A stretch of DNA of 64,000 nt from Candidatus Eiseniibacteriota bacterium (GTDB lineage Bacteria; Eisenbacteria; RBG-16-71-46; JABDJR01), in assembly GCA_963783375.1 (NCBI GenBank), contig CAWANH010000029.1, forward strand, positions 1,504,001 to 1,568,000, in the 5' to 3' direction. Each line of letters begins with the position of its first letter. Position 1 is the first letter of the stretch. A program made the position numbers and the translations under genes. Below are positions 20,664 to 30,925 of this stretch, one piece after another. Under the pieces are notes generated by a model. It ran no database searches. It saw only the letters and a program-made list of their open reading frames with translations, and was not told the DNA's origin.

Positions 20664-21500
20664 ATGAAGCGCACAGGTTCGGAACGACACGGCAAGGCCG
20701 GGCGTCTCGCGGGAACGCTCTCGATGTGTCTGATCCTCTCCCTGCTGCTGACCCTGGGCAGCTGCAGCTGCAGCGACACTCCGGAGCACCTCGTCATCCA
20801 GGACGGCTCCCTCGCGACGTGGATGCCGACCGCCAACTCCTTCTCCAACGGAACCGCAGCGGATCCCAAGGGAACCGGCGACGACGGGAGACCCAACCGG
20901 CTCTTCCGTACCGGCGTGCTCATCCAGGTCGGCGACCACAGTGGTTCGGACATGTACTACGCGGGGTTGGAGTTCCGAAAGGACGGGGAGGCCATCTCGG
21001 CCCCCTCCTTCATGACCGGCAAGACCCTGGGTGCCTCCCGGTTCACGTGGATCAATATCGTCTCGGAGAATCCCCACGACCCCTGTGGGGACGCGAGCCG
21101 GGACACGATCCCCATGGATCCCGCGGACGTGGTCTCCCTCTACCCCTCCACCGTCGAGAGCAGTTGCGAGCTCGACCTGAGCGACCCGTGTCTGCGGAAT
21201 CGCATGCTTCATGCGTACATCCCACCCAAGGCCCTCATCACGTACTGGCAGGGAGAGGCAGGCTACGCGGTCTCGGTGAAACAGGGCGCAGGAAAAACCG
21301 GGTACCACGATGCGCAGGCCTTCACGTTCAACGACCCGTTCCGGGTGGAAGTGTATCGGGCGAACGACACCACCGGCGACCTGGAGCTCGTGCACACCTT
21401 CCGGCCCGGGGAGGTGGACCAGATCGTGGTCGTGGCGGATCCCAGCGGACCGGGCGGCGGCGACCAGCACGAACCAGCATGGCCGCCGATCCAGGGTTGA
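20664..21500 (+). CDS. Putative lipoprotein of unknown function
   Basis: AAAGGAG RBS, lipobox-like LLLTLGSC and several Cys residues. Coding-like GC3 bias. Confidence 0.7.
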   Translation: MKRTGSERHGKAGRLAGTLSMCLILSLLLTLGSCSCSDTPEHLVIQDGSLATWMPTANSFSNGTAADPKGTGDDGRPNRLFRTGVLIQVGDHSGSDMYYAGLEFRKDGEAISAPSFMTGKTLGASRFTWINIVSENPHDPCGDASRDTIPMDPADVVSLYPSTVESSCELDLSDPCLRNRMLHAYIPPKALITYWQGEAGYAVSVKQGAGKTGYHDAQAFTFNDPFRVEVYRANDTTGDLELVHTFRPGEVDQIVVVADPSGPGGGDQHEPAWPPIQG

Positions 21501-21539
21501 GACGGAGGCCAAACCCCCCGACACTGGGAGGATGCACTC

Positions 21540-24011
21540 ATGCCACCTCACGGCGGACCGCACCACCCGGCCCGTTTCCACCAGTTCATCCTGAAGCTGA
21601 GGGAGCCGGATCCAAGCGGAGGGCAGCTCTCCGCGCAGGACTACGAGATGACTCCGGGAACCTCATCCCGTATCCATCACATCCTCTCCGGAACGCGCTA
21701 TACTCTCGGGAAGAGCTTTCCCAGGTACGGGGATCTCCTCCTGGCCAGGGGATACACGACCGCTCTGACTCCGGCAGGTCCTCCCGCCACTCTGGCCACC
21801 TTCTACCGGCTCTTTCTCGCCCCGACCTCCTCCCAGGACCTGCAGGCCATCCGCACGGCCCTGGAGGGTGTGGATCAGGTGGCTTACGTGATTCCGGCCC
21901 GGCCGTTCGGCCCCCCTCCCTCTCCCCCCCCCAGCTCCGGCGACGATCTGGAGCCTTCCCAGGGCTATCTGGATCCGGCCACCGACGGCGGGATCGATGC
22001 TCGGTCGGCCTGGGAAGTGGTCGGGGGCAAGGGAGCGGGAGTGGCACTGGGCGTGGTGGACGGCGCCTACGATCCCGATCACCGGGACCTTCCGCCTGCG
22101 GAAACGCTCGAGTCCCTCTATGAGGACACCGGTCTCTCGATGGAGCATGGGACCGAGGTGCTGGGCATGCTCTGCGGGAGCCGGGATGGAGTGGGGGTGA
22201 CCGGCATCGCGTACGACATCGGCCATATCTACTTCGCCAACTACGTGGACATCCCTCCCGGTTCGGCTCACTGCTTCGATGCTACCGGAGCCGCCGTTCC
22301 CTGCGCCTTCGAGTCGGCCGTGGGGGACGAGTACGACCGGCTCCTCCGCGAGGCCCGGATCATGACGGCCCTGGACGACCTGGCCTTGAAGCTACGGGAT
22401 TGGCCCGATGGTCCGGTCGTCATGCTCCTCGAAGTCACGGCGTACGAGGATCCCGACTCGTACACGTTGGAACGCCCGGTAGAGTTGAATCCGGACATCC
22501 GGACGTATCTGAGGGCGCTGGCCGAGACGGACGGGATCACCGTGATCGAGCCGGCGGGCAACGACTCGAAGCGCCTCGACGACGTCGACGTGCCGAAGAG
22601 CGACGACGGCTCCTCCGCGAAGCTCTGGGGAGCGGATATGGACGACGCCTCCGACTCCCTCGCCGTCATGGTCGGGGCGGGAAAAGTCCCGCCCGAAGAC
22701 CTTTCCGCGCCTGGGACCTGGAGGACCCACGAGGCCATCACCAGCTACGGGACGCGCGTGAACTGCCAGGGTTGGGGCAACAAGGTGGTGACCGCGAGCA
22801 CCGACCTGACCGGGACCATCATCGACGGCAGCGCCTACACGGACGGCTTCAGCGGCACCTCCTCGGCCAGCGCCATGGTGGCCGGGGTCGCGGTGTGCCT
22901 CCAGGGGGCGCGGCTGGGAGCGGGCATGGATCCGCTCTCCCCGGTCGAGCTGCGTGCCCTGCTCGCCGACCCCGACTACGGGAGCCCCCAGCCGGAACTG
23001 GACGCCAGCTCCTACCCCATCGGCCCCCTACCCGATCTCGGGAAGCTTCTCACCCTGTGCTCCGACATCTTCCTCCGGGATCACGTCGGAGACACCGGGG
23101 AGGAGCCGTCATCGGGAACCGGGGTGTGCTGGAGCCCTGACATCATCCTGCGGACGGTGCGCGAGTTCGATCCGGAGGCGGCGTTCGGCGCCGGGGCCTG
23201 GGAGGACGGGTATCTCTGCCAGGATGCGGCCGCCGGCAGCGACAACTACGTCTACATCCGGCTGAGCAATCGCGGGACCTACCCGGACGACGCCCGGATC
23301 ACCGTGTACTGGGCCGACCCCTCGACGTTCCTCTACCCCGACGACTGGCACGAGATCGGGGTGCTGGAGGCGGAGGCGATTCTCCAGGACGAGCAGCGGG
23401 TCATCCCCGATCCCCTGGTCTGGGAGGCCGGGGATCTACCCGCGGCCGGGCACTACTGCCTGATCGCGCTGGCCGAGACCGATTCGGACAAGGTGGACGT
23501 GGCCGGCGCACTGTCCGCGGGCGAGAAGTTCGTCATGCTCGTCCGGGAGCAGAACAACCTGTGCTTCCGGAACATCAAGGTGGTGGAGGCGGCTCCGGGC
23601 TCCGAAACGTCCTCGGCCACGTTCTTCCTGCGGGGGTTGCCGGGGAGATACTTCCCGGATCCCGACAACCGCCACCGCCTGGTGATCCGATCGAGGCTCC
23701 CCCGGGGCGCCGTCGTCCACGTGGACCACACGAGGCTCGAAGTCCTTGGACCCCACCTCGCGGCGGACGGCATCGGAGCACCGCCCCAGCGCGGGGACCG
23801 GCCCCGTGAGCCCCTGATGCTGCAGGGCCTCCTCCCCCACCTCATCGATGGGATCGTTCTCGAGCCGGACCAGAAGGTCCCGGTCACCGTGCGCGTGGCC
23901 CTCCCCCCCCGGACCCCACCCGGACGTTACCTTGTGGCCGCCGAGCAGTACTGGCGGGGGAAGCTCCTGGGCCGGGTGAATTTCGAGGTTCGCGTCCGCC
24001 CGACGGCGTGA
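21540..24011 (+). CDS. S8 (subtilisin-like) serine peptidase with C-terminal beta-sandwich domains
   Basis: Triad motifs GVVDG, HGTEVLG and GFSGTSSA; oxyanion motif PAGN; C-terminal SPDI...NYVYIRLSNRG domain. No evident signal peptide. Confidence 0.85.
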   Translation: MPPHGGPHHPARFHQFILKLREPDPSGGQLSAQDYEMTPGTSSRIHHILSGTRYTLGKSFPRYGDLLLARGYTTALTPAGPPATLATFYRLFLAPTSSQDLQAIRTALEGVDQVAYVIPARPFGPPPSPPPSSGDDLEPSQGYLDPATDGGIDARSAWEVVGGKGAGVALGVVDGAYDPDHRDLPPAETLESLYEDTGLSMEHGTEVLGMLCGSRDGVGVTGIAYDIGHIYFANYVDIPPGSAHCFDATGAAVPCAFESAVGDEYDRLLREARIMTALDDLALKLRDWPDGPVVMLLEVTAYEDPDSYTLERPVELNPDIRTYLRALAETDGITVIEPAGNDSKRLDDVDVPKSDDGSSAKLWGADMDDASDSLAVMVGAGKVPPEDLSAPGTWRTHEAITSYGTRVNCQGWGNKVVTASTDLTGTIIDGSAYTDGFSGTSSASAMVAGVAVCLQGARLGAGMDPLSPVELRALLADPDYGSPQPELDASSYPIGPLPDLGKLLTLCSDIFLRDHVGDTGEEPSSGTGVCWSPDIILRTVREFDPEAAFGAGAWEDGYLCQDAAAGSDNYVYIRLSNRGTYPDDARITVYWADPSTFLYPDDWHEIGVLEAEAILQDEQRVIPDPLVWEAGDLPAAGHYCLIALAETDSDKVDVAGALSAGEKFVMLVREQNNLCFRNIKVVEAAPGSETSSATFFLRGLPGRYFPDPDNRHRLVIRSRLPRGAVVHVDHTRLEVLGPHLAADGIGAPPQRGDRPREPLMLQGLLPHLIDGIVLEPDQKVPVTVRVALPPRTPPGRYLVAAEQYWRGKLLGRVNFEVRVRPTA

Positions 24012-24098
24012 GGCCCCGGCGTCCCCCGCGTGAGCCTTGGGACCGGGACCACGCCCGGGGTTCCCGGCGGAGCCTCGGGTCTGCGATCATGAGCCCCC

Positions 24099-25514
24099 AT
24101 GCTGACCACGATCCTCTGGGTCATCCTCGGCCTCTACGGCCTCGTCATGTTCCTGGTGTCCCCCACCGCGCGCCGGTTCGGGGAGTTCTATGCCGGACGC
24201 CGGGCCGACGACCGCGAGGTCGGCCAGGGGCTCCTGATCGGTTCGGTGGTGATCTCCTGGATCTTCGCCAAGTCCATCACCAACGCGGCCAACCTGGGCC
24301 GGGAGTTCGGCCTGGTGGGGGCGGTGGCTTACGCGGGGTGGTATCTCTCCATCCCGGTGGCCGGGTTCGTGATCTACCGGATCCGAAAGCGCACGCGGGT
24401 GGGGAGCCTCACCGAGTTCCTCACCGCCAAGTACGGCCGCGCCGCCGCGGCGGCGTTCATGCTGGTGGTGATGATCCGGCTGGTGAACGAGGTCTGGTCC
24501 AACACCGCGGTGGTGGGGACGTACTTCGGGCCCGCCGGCACCCTCCCCTACTTCGCCGCCGCCATGGCCTTCGCGCTCCTCACCCTGGCCTACACCCTGC
24601 GGGGCGGGCTCCGAAGCTCCATCCTCACCGACGGCATCCAGTTCGTCCTGGGGCTGGCCCTTCTCGCCGCCGTCCTGGCCTGGGTGGTCCCGGCAGACGG
24701 ACCGCGCCGCCTGGTCCACTCCGGCACCTGGACCCTGGCCGGGGGCGTGGACCTCCTCCTGGTGGCGCTCCTGCAGTCGTTCAGCTACCCCTTCCACGAT
24801 CCGGTGCTCACCGATCGCGCCTTCATCACCGACGCCCGCCGGATGCTCAAGGGCTACCTCTGGTCCGGGGTCATTGCCGCCGCCTTCATCGCGCTCTTCG
24901 GCCTGGTGGGGGTGCACGCCCGAAACGCGGGGCTCGACCCCGGCCAGGACACCCCGTTCCGGGTGGCCCGTTCCTTCGGGCTGGTCGCGCTGGTGGTGAC
25001 CACGGTGCTGATGATGGCCTCCGCCGGCTCCACCCTCGACTCCACCCTGAGCTCCTTCAGCAAGGCGGTGGTGCTGGACCTGGGCGGCGGGCGTGAATCC
25101 GGCCGCACCGCCGGCCTCAGCGACGGCTTCAGCCGGCTCCTGGCCCGCGCGAACAGCATCCGGGTGGGCCGCTGGATGATGGTGCTGGCGGTGGCCATCG
25201 GATCGGTACCCCTGTTCACCGGGGCGGCCATCCTCAAGGCGACCACGGTCAGCGGCACCATGGTGCTCGGCCTCGCGCCCGCGTTTCTCCTGTTCGACTG
25301 GCCGAGGCCCCGCGCCGCCGCCTTCCACCTCGCCCTCTGGCCCGGCATCCTCCTCGGCGTGCTCTACGCCGCGGGGCGCGTGCCGTCGGCGTGGGCCCTG
25401 GGGAACGGACCCAACGCCGCGCTCCTGGGGGTGAACGTGTACGGGACGCTGATCGTGTTCGGCGGCTTCCTGATCGGGGCGGTCCTGGATTCGACCGTCC
25501 GCCGGATCCGCTGA
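24099..25514 (+). CDS. Sodium:solute symporter family transporter
   Basis: About 13 TM segments; YTLRGGLRSSILTDGIQ and SAGSTLDS motifs. Confidence 0.85.
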   Translation: MLTTILWVILGLYGLVMFLVSPTARRFGEFYAGRRADDREVGQGLLIGSVVISWIFAKSITNAANLGREFGLVGAVAYAGWYLSIPVAGFVIYRIRKRTRVGSLTEFLTAKYGRAAAAAFMLVVMIRLVNEVWSNTAVVGTYFGPAGTLPYFAAAMAFALLTLAYTLRGGLRSSILTDGIQFVLGLALLAAVLAWVVPADGPRRLVHSGTWTLAGGVDLLLVALLQSFSYPFHDPVLTDRAFITDARRMLKGYLWSGVIAAAFIALFGLVGVHARNAGLDPGQDTPFRVARSFGLVALVVTTVLMMASAGSTLDSTLSSFSKAVVLDLGGGRESGRTAGLSDGFSRLLARANSIRVGRWMMVLAVAIGSVPLFTGAAILKATTVSGTMVLGLAPAFLLFDWPRPRAAAFHLALWPGILLGVLYAAGRVPSAWALGNGPNAALLGVNVYGTLIVFGGFLIGAVLDSTVRRIR

Positions 25515-25703
25515 GACACGCGCTTCCCGCCCCGAACCGGTCCCCGGAGGTTTACGCCTTCACACCCCCCCGCCCGCCGGGTAGAGTTCTCGCGCCCGAC
25601 CGGCCGCGCCGGCCCGGACCCGGCCCGACCGGCCCCCACACGACAGGACGAAAACAGCCCTTTACCCCCCGGACGGCGCCGCCGTCCCCCGGAGGAGACC
25701 GGC

Positions 25704-26246
25704 ATGCGCGACGCGGTAAAGCAACTCTGGCCGGAGCTGGACTGGATCCGGGACGCGGACCTTCGCGAGAAGACCCTGGCCACCTGGGTCCGGGCCTTCG
25801 AGCGAAGCCCCCTGACCCCCGAGGATCTGAAAACGATCCCCTTCACCCTCCTCGTTCCCGACTGCCCGGTGACCTTCATGGAGCACAAGCGGGCGGTGGT
25901 CCACATCTGCCGCCGGTCCGCCGAGGCGATGCGGGAGCACATGGGGGACGCGCTCCCCATCGACATGGACGTGCTGATCGCCGGGGCCATCCTGATCGAC
26001 GTGGGGAAGCTCCTGGAGTACGAGAAGGTGGGCGGGAACGTCCGCCAGAGCGCGCGGGGGAAGGCGCTTCGCCATCCCTTCACCGGGGTGGCGGTGGCCA
26101 TGGAGTGCGGGGTGCCGGATACGGTGTGCCACCTGATCGCCGCCCACTCCGAAGAGGGAAACCTGGTCAAGCGCTCCACCGAGGCGATCATCGTCCACCA
26201 CGCGGACTTCATGAGCTACCTGCCGTTCAAGGCCCTGGCCGGTTGA
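25704..26246 (+). CDS. HD-domain (HDIG-like) protein with HD changed to ID
   Basis: EH...GAILIDVGK...RH...IAAHS...HHAD. GGAGGAG RBS. Confidence 0.75.
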   Translation: MRDAVKQLWPELDWIRDADLREKTLATWVRAFERSPLTPEDLKTIPFTLLVPDCPVTFMEHKRAVVHICRRSAEAMREHMGDALPIDMDVLIAGAILIDVGKLLEYEKVGGNVRQSARGKALRHPFTGVAVAMECGVPDTVCHLIAAHSEEGNLVKRSTEAIIVHHADFMSYLPFKALAG

Positions 26247-26272
26247 GCGGAACGCGGGAAGGAGACTCGAAC

Positions 26273-27664
26273 ATGACCGACGGGCAGAACGGCACGGTGT
26301 CCGCGCGCATGGCGCGATGGGCCGCGGACCTTCGCTACGAACAGCTCTCGAAGGACGCGGTCTACCAGGCCAAACGGTTCCTGCTGGACTCCCTGGGCTG
26401 CGCCCTCGGGGGCTGGTCCCAGCACGATGTCCGGATCGCCATGGAGGTGCTGGAGGAGATCGCGGGGGACGGCCCGGCCACGGTGATCGGGAGCCCCCGG
26501 AAGCTGGACCCGGTCTCGGCTTCCCTGGCCAACGCCCTCATGATCCGGGTCATGGACTACAACGACATCTACTGGAAGCAGGACCCCTCCCACCCCTCGG
26601 ACCTCATCCCCGCCGCCATGGCCTCGGCGGAACGGGCGGGAGGCGACGGGCGGGAGCTGATCGTGGGGACCGTCCTCGGCCATGAATTCGAAATGCGCCT
26701 TTGCGAGGCGGCCATCCCCGGGATCCGGGAGCGGGGCTGGCACCACGCCACCCTCACCGCCTTCGTGTCGCCGATCGTGGCCGGGCGGATGCTCCATCTC
26801 GACGCGGAGCAGATCCAGCACGCGATCGGGATCTCGGCCAGCCGCCACGCCACCCTGGGGGCGGTGACCGCGGGCAAGCTCACCATGATGAAGAACACCG
26901 TGGACCCCATGGCCACCCAGAGCGGGGTCCTGGCCGCGCTCCTGGCCGAAAAGGGCTACACCGGCCCCGAGCACGTGGTGGAGGGGAAGGAAGGGATCGT
27001 TCATTGCCTGGGGCCGGAGTGGAACCTCGGCGTGCTCACCGACGGCCTCGGGGACGCCTGGCGGATCACGAGCTGCGGAATGAAGTTCTTCCCCACCGAG
27101 GCCCTCACCCACGCCCCCATCTCCGCGGTGCTCGACCTGGTCGAGGAGCACGATCTGAAGCCCGACGACGTGGAGACGGTTCAGATCCGCTCCCTGGCCC
27201 GGGCGGCGGACATCCTGGCCGATCCCTCGAAGTACGACCCCAGGTCCAAGGAAACCGCCGACCACTCCCTTCCCTACGTGGTCGCCGCGGCGCTGGTGGA
27301 TCGCCAGGTCACCCCGGCCCAGTTCAAGCCGGAGAAGATCGCCGACCCGGTGATCCGGGCCCAGCTCCCCAAGGTCAAGGTCGTCGCCGACCCGGAGATC
27401 GAGAAGGTGTTCCCCGCGCTCCAGCGGGTGGCGGTGGCCATCCGCACCGTGGACGGGCGCGAGCTCACCCGGGAGCTGGACTACCCCAAGGGGGACCCCA
27501 GAAACCCGCTCACCGACCGGGAGATCGAGGCGAAGTTCGACGCCCTCGCCGCCGGGGTTCTGGACGGGCCGGGGCGGAAGCGGATCAAGGACGCGGTGTG
27601 GAACCTGGAGGAGCACGCATCGGTCACCGAGGTCCTGGCGCTCACCACCCGGCTCTCGGGGTAG
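26273..27664 (+). CDS. prpD: MmgE/PrpD family dehydratase
   Basis: DSLGCA, DYND...SHPSD, RGWHH and ETADHSLPY motifs. ATG 26273 with AAGGAG RBS. Confidence 0.9.
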   Translation: MTDGQNGTVSARMARWAADLRYEQLSKDAVYQAKRFLLDSLGCALGGWSQHDVRIAMEVLEEIAGDGPATVIGSPRKLDPVSASLANALMIRVMDYNDIYWKQDPSHPSDLIPAAMASAERAGGDGRELIVGTVLGHEFEMRLCEAAIPGIRERGWHHATLTAFVSPIVAGRMLHLDAEQIQHAIGISASRHATLGAVTAGKLTMMKNTVDPMATQSGVLAALLAEKGYTGPEHVVEGKEGIVHCLGPEWNLGVLTDGLGDAWRITSCGMKFFPTEALTHAPISAVLDLVEEHDLKPDDVETVQIRSLARAADILADPSKYDPRSKETADHSLPYVVAAALVDRQVTPAQFKPEKIADPVIRAQLPKVKVVADPEIEKVFPALQRVAVAIRTVDGRELTRELDYPKGDPRNPLTDREIEAKFDALAAGVLDGPGRKRIKDAVWNLEEHASVTEVLALTTRLSG

Positions 27665-27715
27665 GGCCGGAGGCCGCTCCCAAAGCCGCTCTTCCGGGCC
27701 GCCCCGGATGGACGC

Positions 27716-28594
27716 TCAGCCGCCGGCCGGGTCCAGGAAGTCGGCCACGCGCGTCAGGAACTCGCGCACCTCGGAGGGGTCGGCCAGGGCGTAGCGGGCG
27801 ATGGTCTTCCGGCCGCCCGGGGCCACCACGATCCCGATCCCGATGGAACGGATCTCGCGGAACGCGTCCTCATCGGTGAGGTCGTCCCCGAGATAGATCG
27901 GAACGACGTCCTCGTGGTCCAGGCCCAGCTCGCGAAGAATCCAGAGCACCGCGGCGCCCTTGTCCCAGGCCGCGGCCGGCCGGAGCTCCAGAACCTTCTT
28001 GCCGGCGGTCCGGACCAGCGTCGGCTCGCTTTCCGCCACGCGATCCACCGTGCGCTCCAGCTCGCCCACCGAGGCCTCGCCCTCGACCTCGCGAAAGTGC
28101 ACCGCCGCCGCGAACCGCTTCCGTTCGAGCCTCGCCCCCGCGATCCCCTCCACCGCGGTCCGAAGGACGTGCTCCGCCCGGTCGAGCGCGGGGAGGGCGG
28201 CCGTTCCCGCCTCGTGCTGGTGGCGAGCGCCGTCCGGGGCCATAATGTCGAACCCGTGGCTCCCGGCGTAGGTGATGCCTTCGAGGTCCACGTGCCGTCG
28301 CACGTCGGCCAGGTCGCGGCCGCTCACCACCGCCACCGGGCAGAGTCCGGCCAGCCGCCGGACCGCGTCCCGGGCTTCGGGGGCCAGGTTCGCGGCGTCG
28401 GGATCGTTCACGATGGGGGTCAGGGTGCCGTCGTAGTCCAGAAACACCGCGGGACGGCATCCCGCGAGCCGGCCCGCCCACTCCGGTTGCCGCTCCAGCG
28501 CCGAGGGCAGGCGTTCCCCGGACTCCGCCGCCGGCCCGCCCGGAGCGGGGGGACGTTCCTCTCCGGCCGGTTTGGGTCCCCGTTCACCGCTCAC
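27716..28594 (-). CDS. otsB: Trehalose-6-phosphate phosphatase
   Basis: FLDYDGTLTPI, VVSGR, AGSHG, ELRP...WDKG and YLGDDLTDEDAF. Confidence 0.93.
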   Translation of the reverse strand: MSGERGPKPAGEERPPAPGGPAAESGERLPSALERQPEWAGRLAGCRPAVFLDYDGTLTPIVNDPDAANLAPEARDAVRRLAGLCPVAVVSGRDLADVRRHVDLEGITYAGSHGFDIMAPDGARHQHEAGTAALPALDRAEHVLRTAVEGIAGARLERKRFAAAVHFREVEGEASVGELERTVDRVAESEPTLVRTAGKKVLELRPAAAWDKGAAVLWILRELGLDHEDVVPIYLGDDLTDEDAFREIRSIGIGIVVAPGGRKTIARYALADPSEVREFLTRVADFLDPAGG

Positions 28595-28712
28595 GTGGTC
28601 CGCTCCTTCCTCCCGGGAAATCCGATCCCGGCTTCCATCCTCCCAGGTTTTCCGGCCGCGTTCCAGACGCGACGACGGTAGAGCCGCCGAATGCCGGACG
28701 GCCCATCACCGG

Positions 28713-28827
28713 TTAACATACTCGAATTAAGCATGTTAGGCGGTCCGAAGCCCTCTCCGCCCCGGCCCGCTCCTCCCTACGCCGCCCCCGCGGCACCCTG
28801 GGAGAACCCCCGCCGAGGGCCTATAAT
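28713..28827 (+). promoter_or_regulatory. Candidate operator or IHF-like palindrome and -10 box in the otsB/aconitase divergent region
   Basis: TAACAT-N13-ATGTTA at 28714-28738 and a perfect TATAAT at 28822-28827. Confidence 0.45.
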
Positions 28828-28859
28828 CTCGCCCTGGTTTACGGGATAGGAGGTTCGCC

Positions 28860-30813
28860 GTGGGTCAGACCGTGGTCGAGAAAATCACCGAGCGCCACCT
28901 GGCCGACGGCCCGCCTCCGCGGCCCGTCCGGGCCGGGGATTTCGTCTCCATAAGGCCGCGCCACGTCATGACCCACGACAACAGCTCGGCGGTGATGGCG
29001 AAGTTCAAGGGTCTCGGCATCACGCGCGTCCACGAGCCCCGGCAGATCGTCTTCACGCTGGACCACGACATCCAGAACCGCTCCGAGGCGAACCTCAACA
29101 AGTACCGGGCCATAGAGGCCTTCGCCGGCGAGCACGGGATCGAGTTCCATCCAGCGGGAAGCGGCATCGGCCACCAGATCATGGTGGAGGAGGGCTACGC
29201 GGTTCCGGGGTCGTTCGTGGTGGCCTCGGATTCGCACTCCAACATGTACGGGGGCCTGGGCGCGGTGGGCACTCCGGTGGTGCGTACCGACGCCGCCGCC
29301 ATCTGGGCCACCGGCGTCTTCTGGTGGCAGGTCCCCCCCACCGTGCAGGTGGTGCTGAGCGGCGCCCTCCGACCCGGGGTGACCGGGAAGGACGTGATCG
29401 TGGCGCTGTGCGGGCTCTACAACCGGGGCGAGGTGCTGAACGCGGCGGTGGAGTTCACCGGCCCCGGGACGGCCTCGCTCTCCATGGACGCCCGCCTCAC
29501 CATCTCCAACATGACCACCGAGTGGGGGGCCCTGGTGGGCTGGTTCCCGGTGGACGAGCGGACCGTCTCCTATATGAAATCGGTTTTCAACCGGTCGGCG
29601 GAGAAAGGCATCCAGCGGTTCGGGGAAGACGACCTCCGTGCCTGGGCGGAGGCGCCCCCCGCGCCGGACCCCGACGCTTCCTACGCCGGGCGCATCCGCC
29701 TGGACCTCTCCAAGCTCACCCCCCACGTCTCCGGCCCCGACTCCGTCCAGGTCATGACCTCGCTGGCGGAGATGGCGGGCCGGAAGGTGGCGATCGACAA
29801 GGCGTACCTCGTCTCCTGCGTGAACTCCCGGCTCGAGGACCTCGAGGCCGCGGCGAAGGTCCTGGACGGCAAGCGCGTGGCCGAGGGGGTCGAGTTCTAC
29901 GTGGCCGCGGCGAGCAAGCGGGTGCAGGAGGAGGCGGAGCGGCGCGGGGTGTGGAAGACGATCGTGGACGCGGGAGCCCGGCCGCTCCCTCCGGGGTGCG
30001 GGCCGTGCATCGGGCTCGGGGTGGGGCTCCTCACCCCCGGCGAGGTGGGGATCTCCGCCACCAACCGGAACTTCAAGGGGCGGATGGGATCGCGCGAGGC
30101 GCAGTGCTACCTGGCCAGCCCCGAGGTGGTGGCCGCCTCCGCGGTGGCCGGGATGCATCACCGGCCCCGGCGACTGGGCCGATCTCGCCCCGGAGCGGAG
30201 CTTCGAACCCCTGGAGCCCGCGGCGGAGAGCGCCCCGGAGACGGTGGACATCCTCGAAGGATTTCCCGAGCGGGTCACCGGGCGGCTGATCTTCCTCCCC
30301 CAGGACAACCTCAACACCGACGGCATCTACGGGAAGGACTACACCTACCGCGAGGACATGACCCGCGAGGACATGGCCCGGGTGGTGATGGAGAACTACG
30401 ATCCGGTTTTCGCGGCCAGGGTGAACGCCGGCGACATCGTGGTGGGCGGGTTCAACTTCGGCACCGGCTCCAGCCGCGAGCAGGCGGTGACCGCGCTCCA
30501 GGCCAAGGGGATTCCCCTGGTGGTGGCGGCGAGCTTCTCCCAGACCTACCTCCGGAACGCCTTCAACAACGGGTTCATCTGCGTGGAGTCTCCCAAGCTG
30601 GTCGAGCGGCTCCGGAGCGACCTCGCCGAGGCCTCGGAGGCCGGACAGAAGACCGTCGTGCCGGGCGGGGGGGTGGAGGTGGACTTCACCACCGGGACCA
30701 TCCGGTGGCGGGGAGGCGCCTACCGGTTCCCGCCCTTGAGCCGGGTGCCCCAGGAACTGGTGACCGCGGGAGGGGTGGAGAACCTGGTGCGACGCCAGGC
30801 CGCCGCCCCCTGA
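28860..30813 (+). CDS. lysF: Homoaconitase-type aconitase-family hydratase, fused large and small subunits (1-nt frameshift at ~30152)
   Basis: MTHDNS, DHD, GIGHQ, DSHSN and Fe-S cysteines SCVN / CGPCIG. Removing one G at gccgggatgc joins the frame to NLNTDGI...NFGTGSSREQA. Confidence 0.8.
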
Positions 30814-30925
30814 CCGCCCCGGTCGTCCGGGCGCGTGCGGACGCACGGCCCCATGAGTTTTCGAGCCTTGGAACGAACATCGAGCGGCCGCGGCCGGCTC
30901 GACAACCTGGAAGGAGCAACACACG

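Noticed and set aside
24011-24099. Riboswitch upstream of the sodium:solute symporter
   Set aside because: The spacer is short and GC-rich with no recognisable aptamer consensus.
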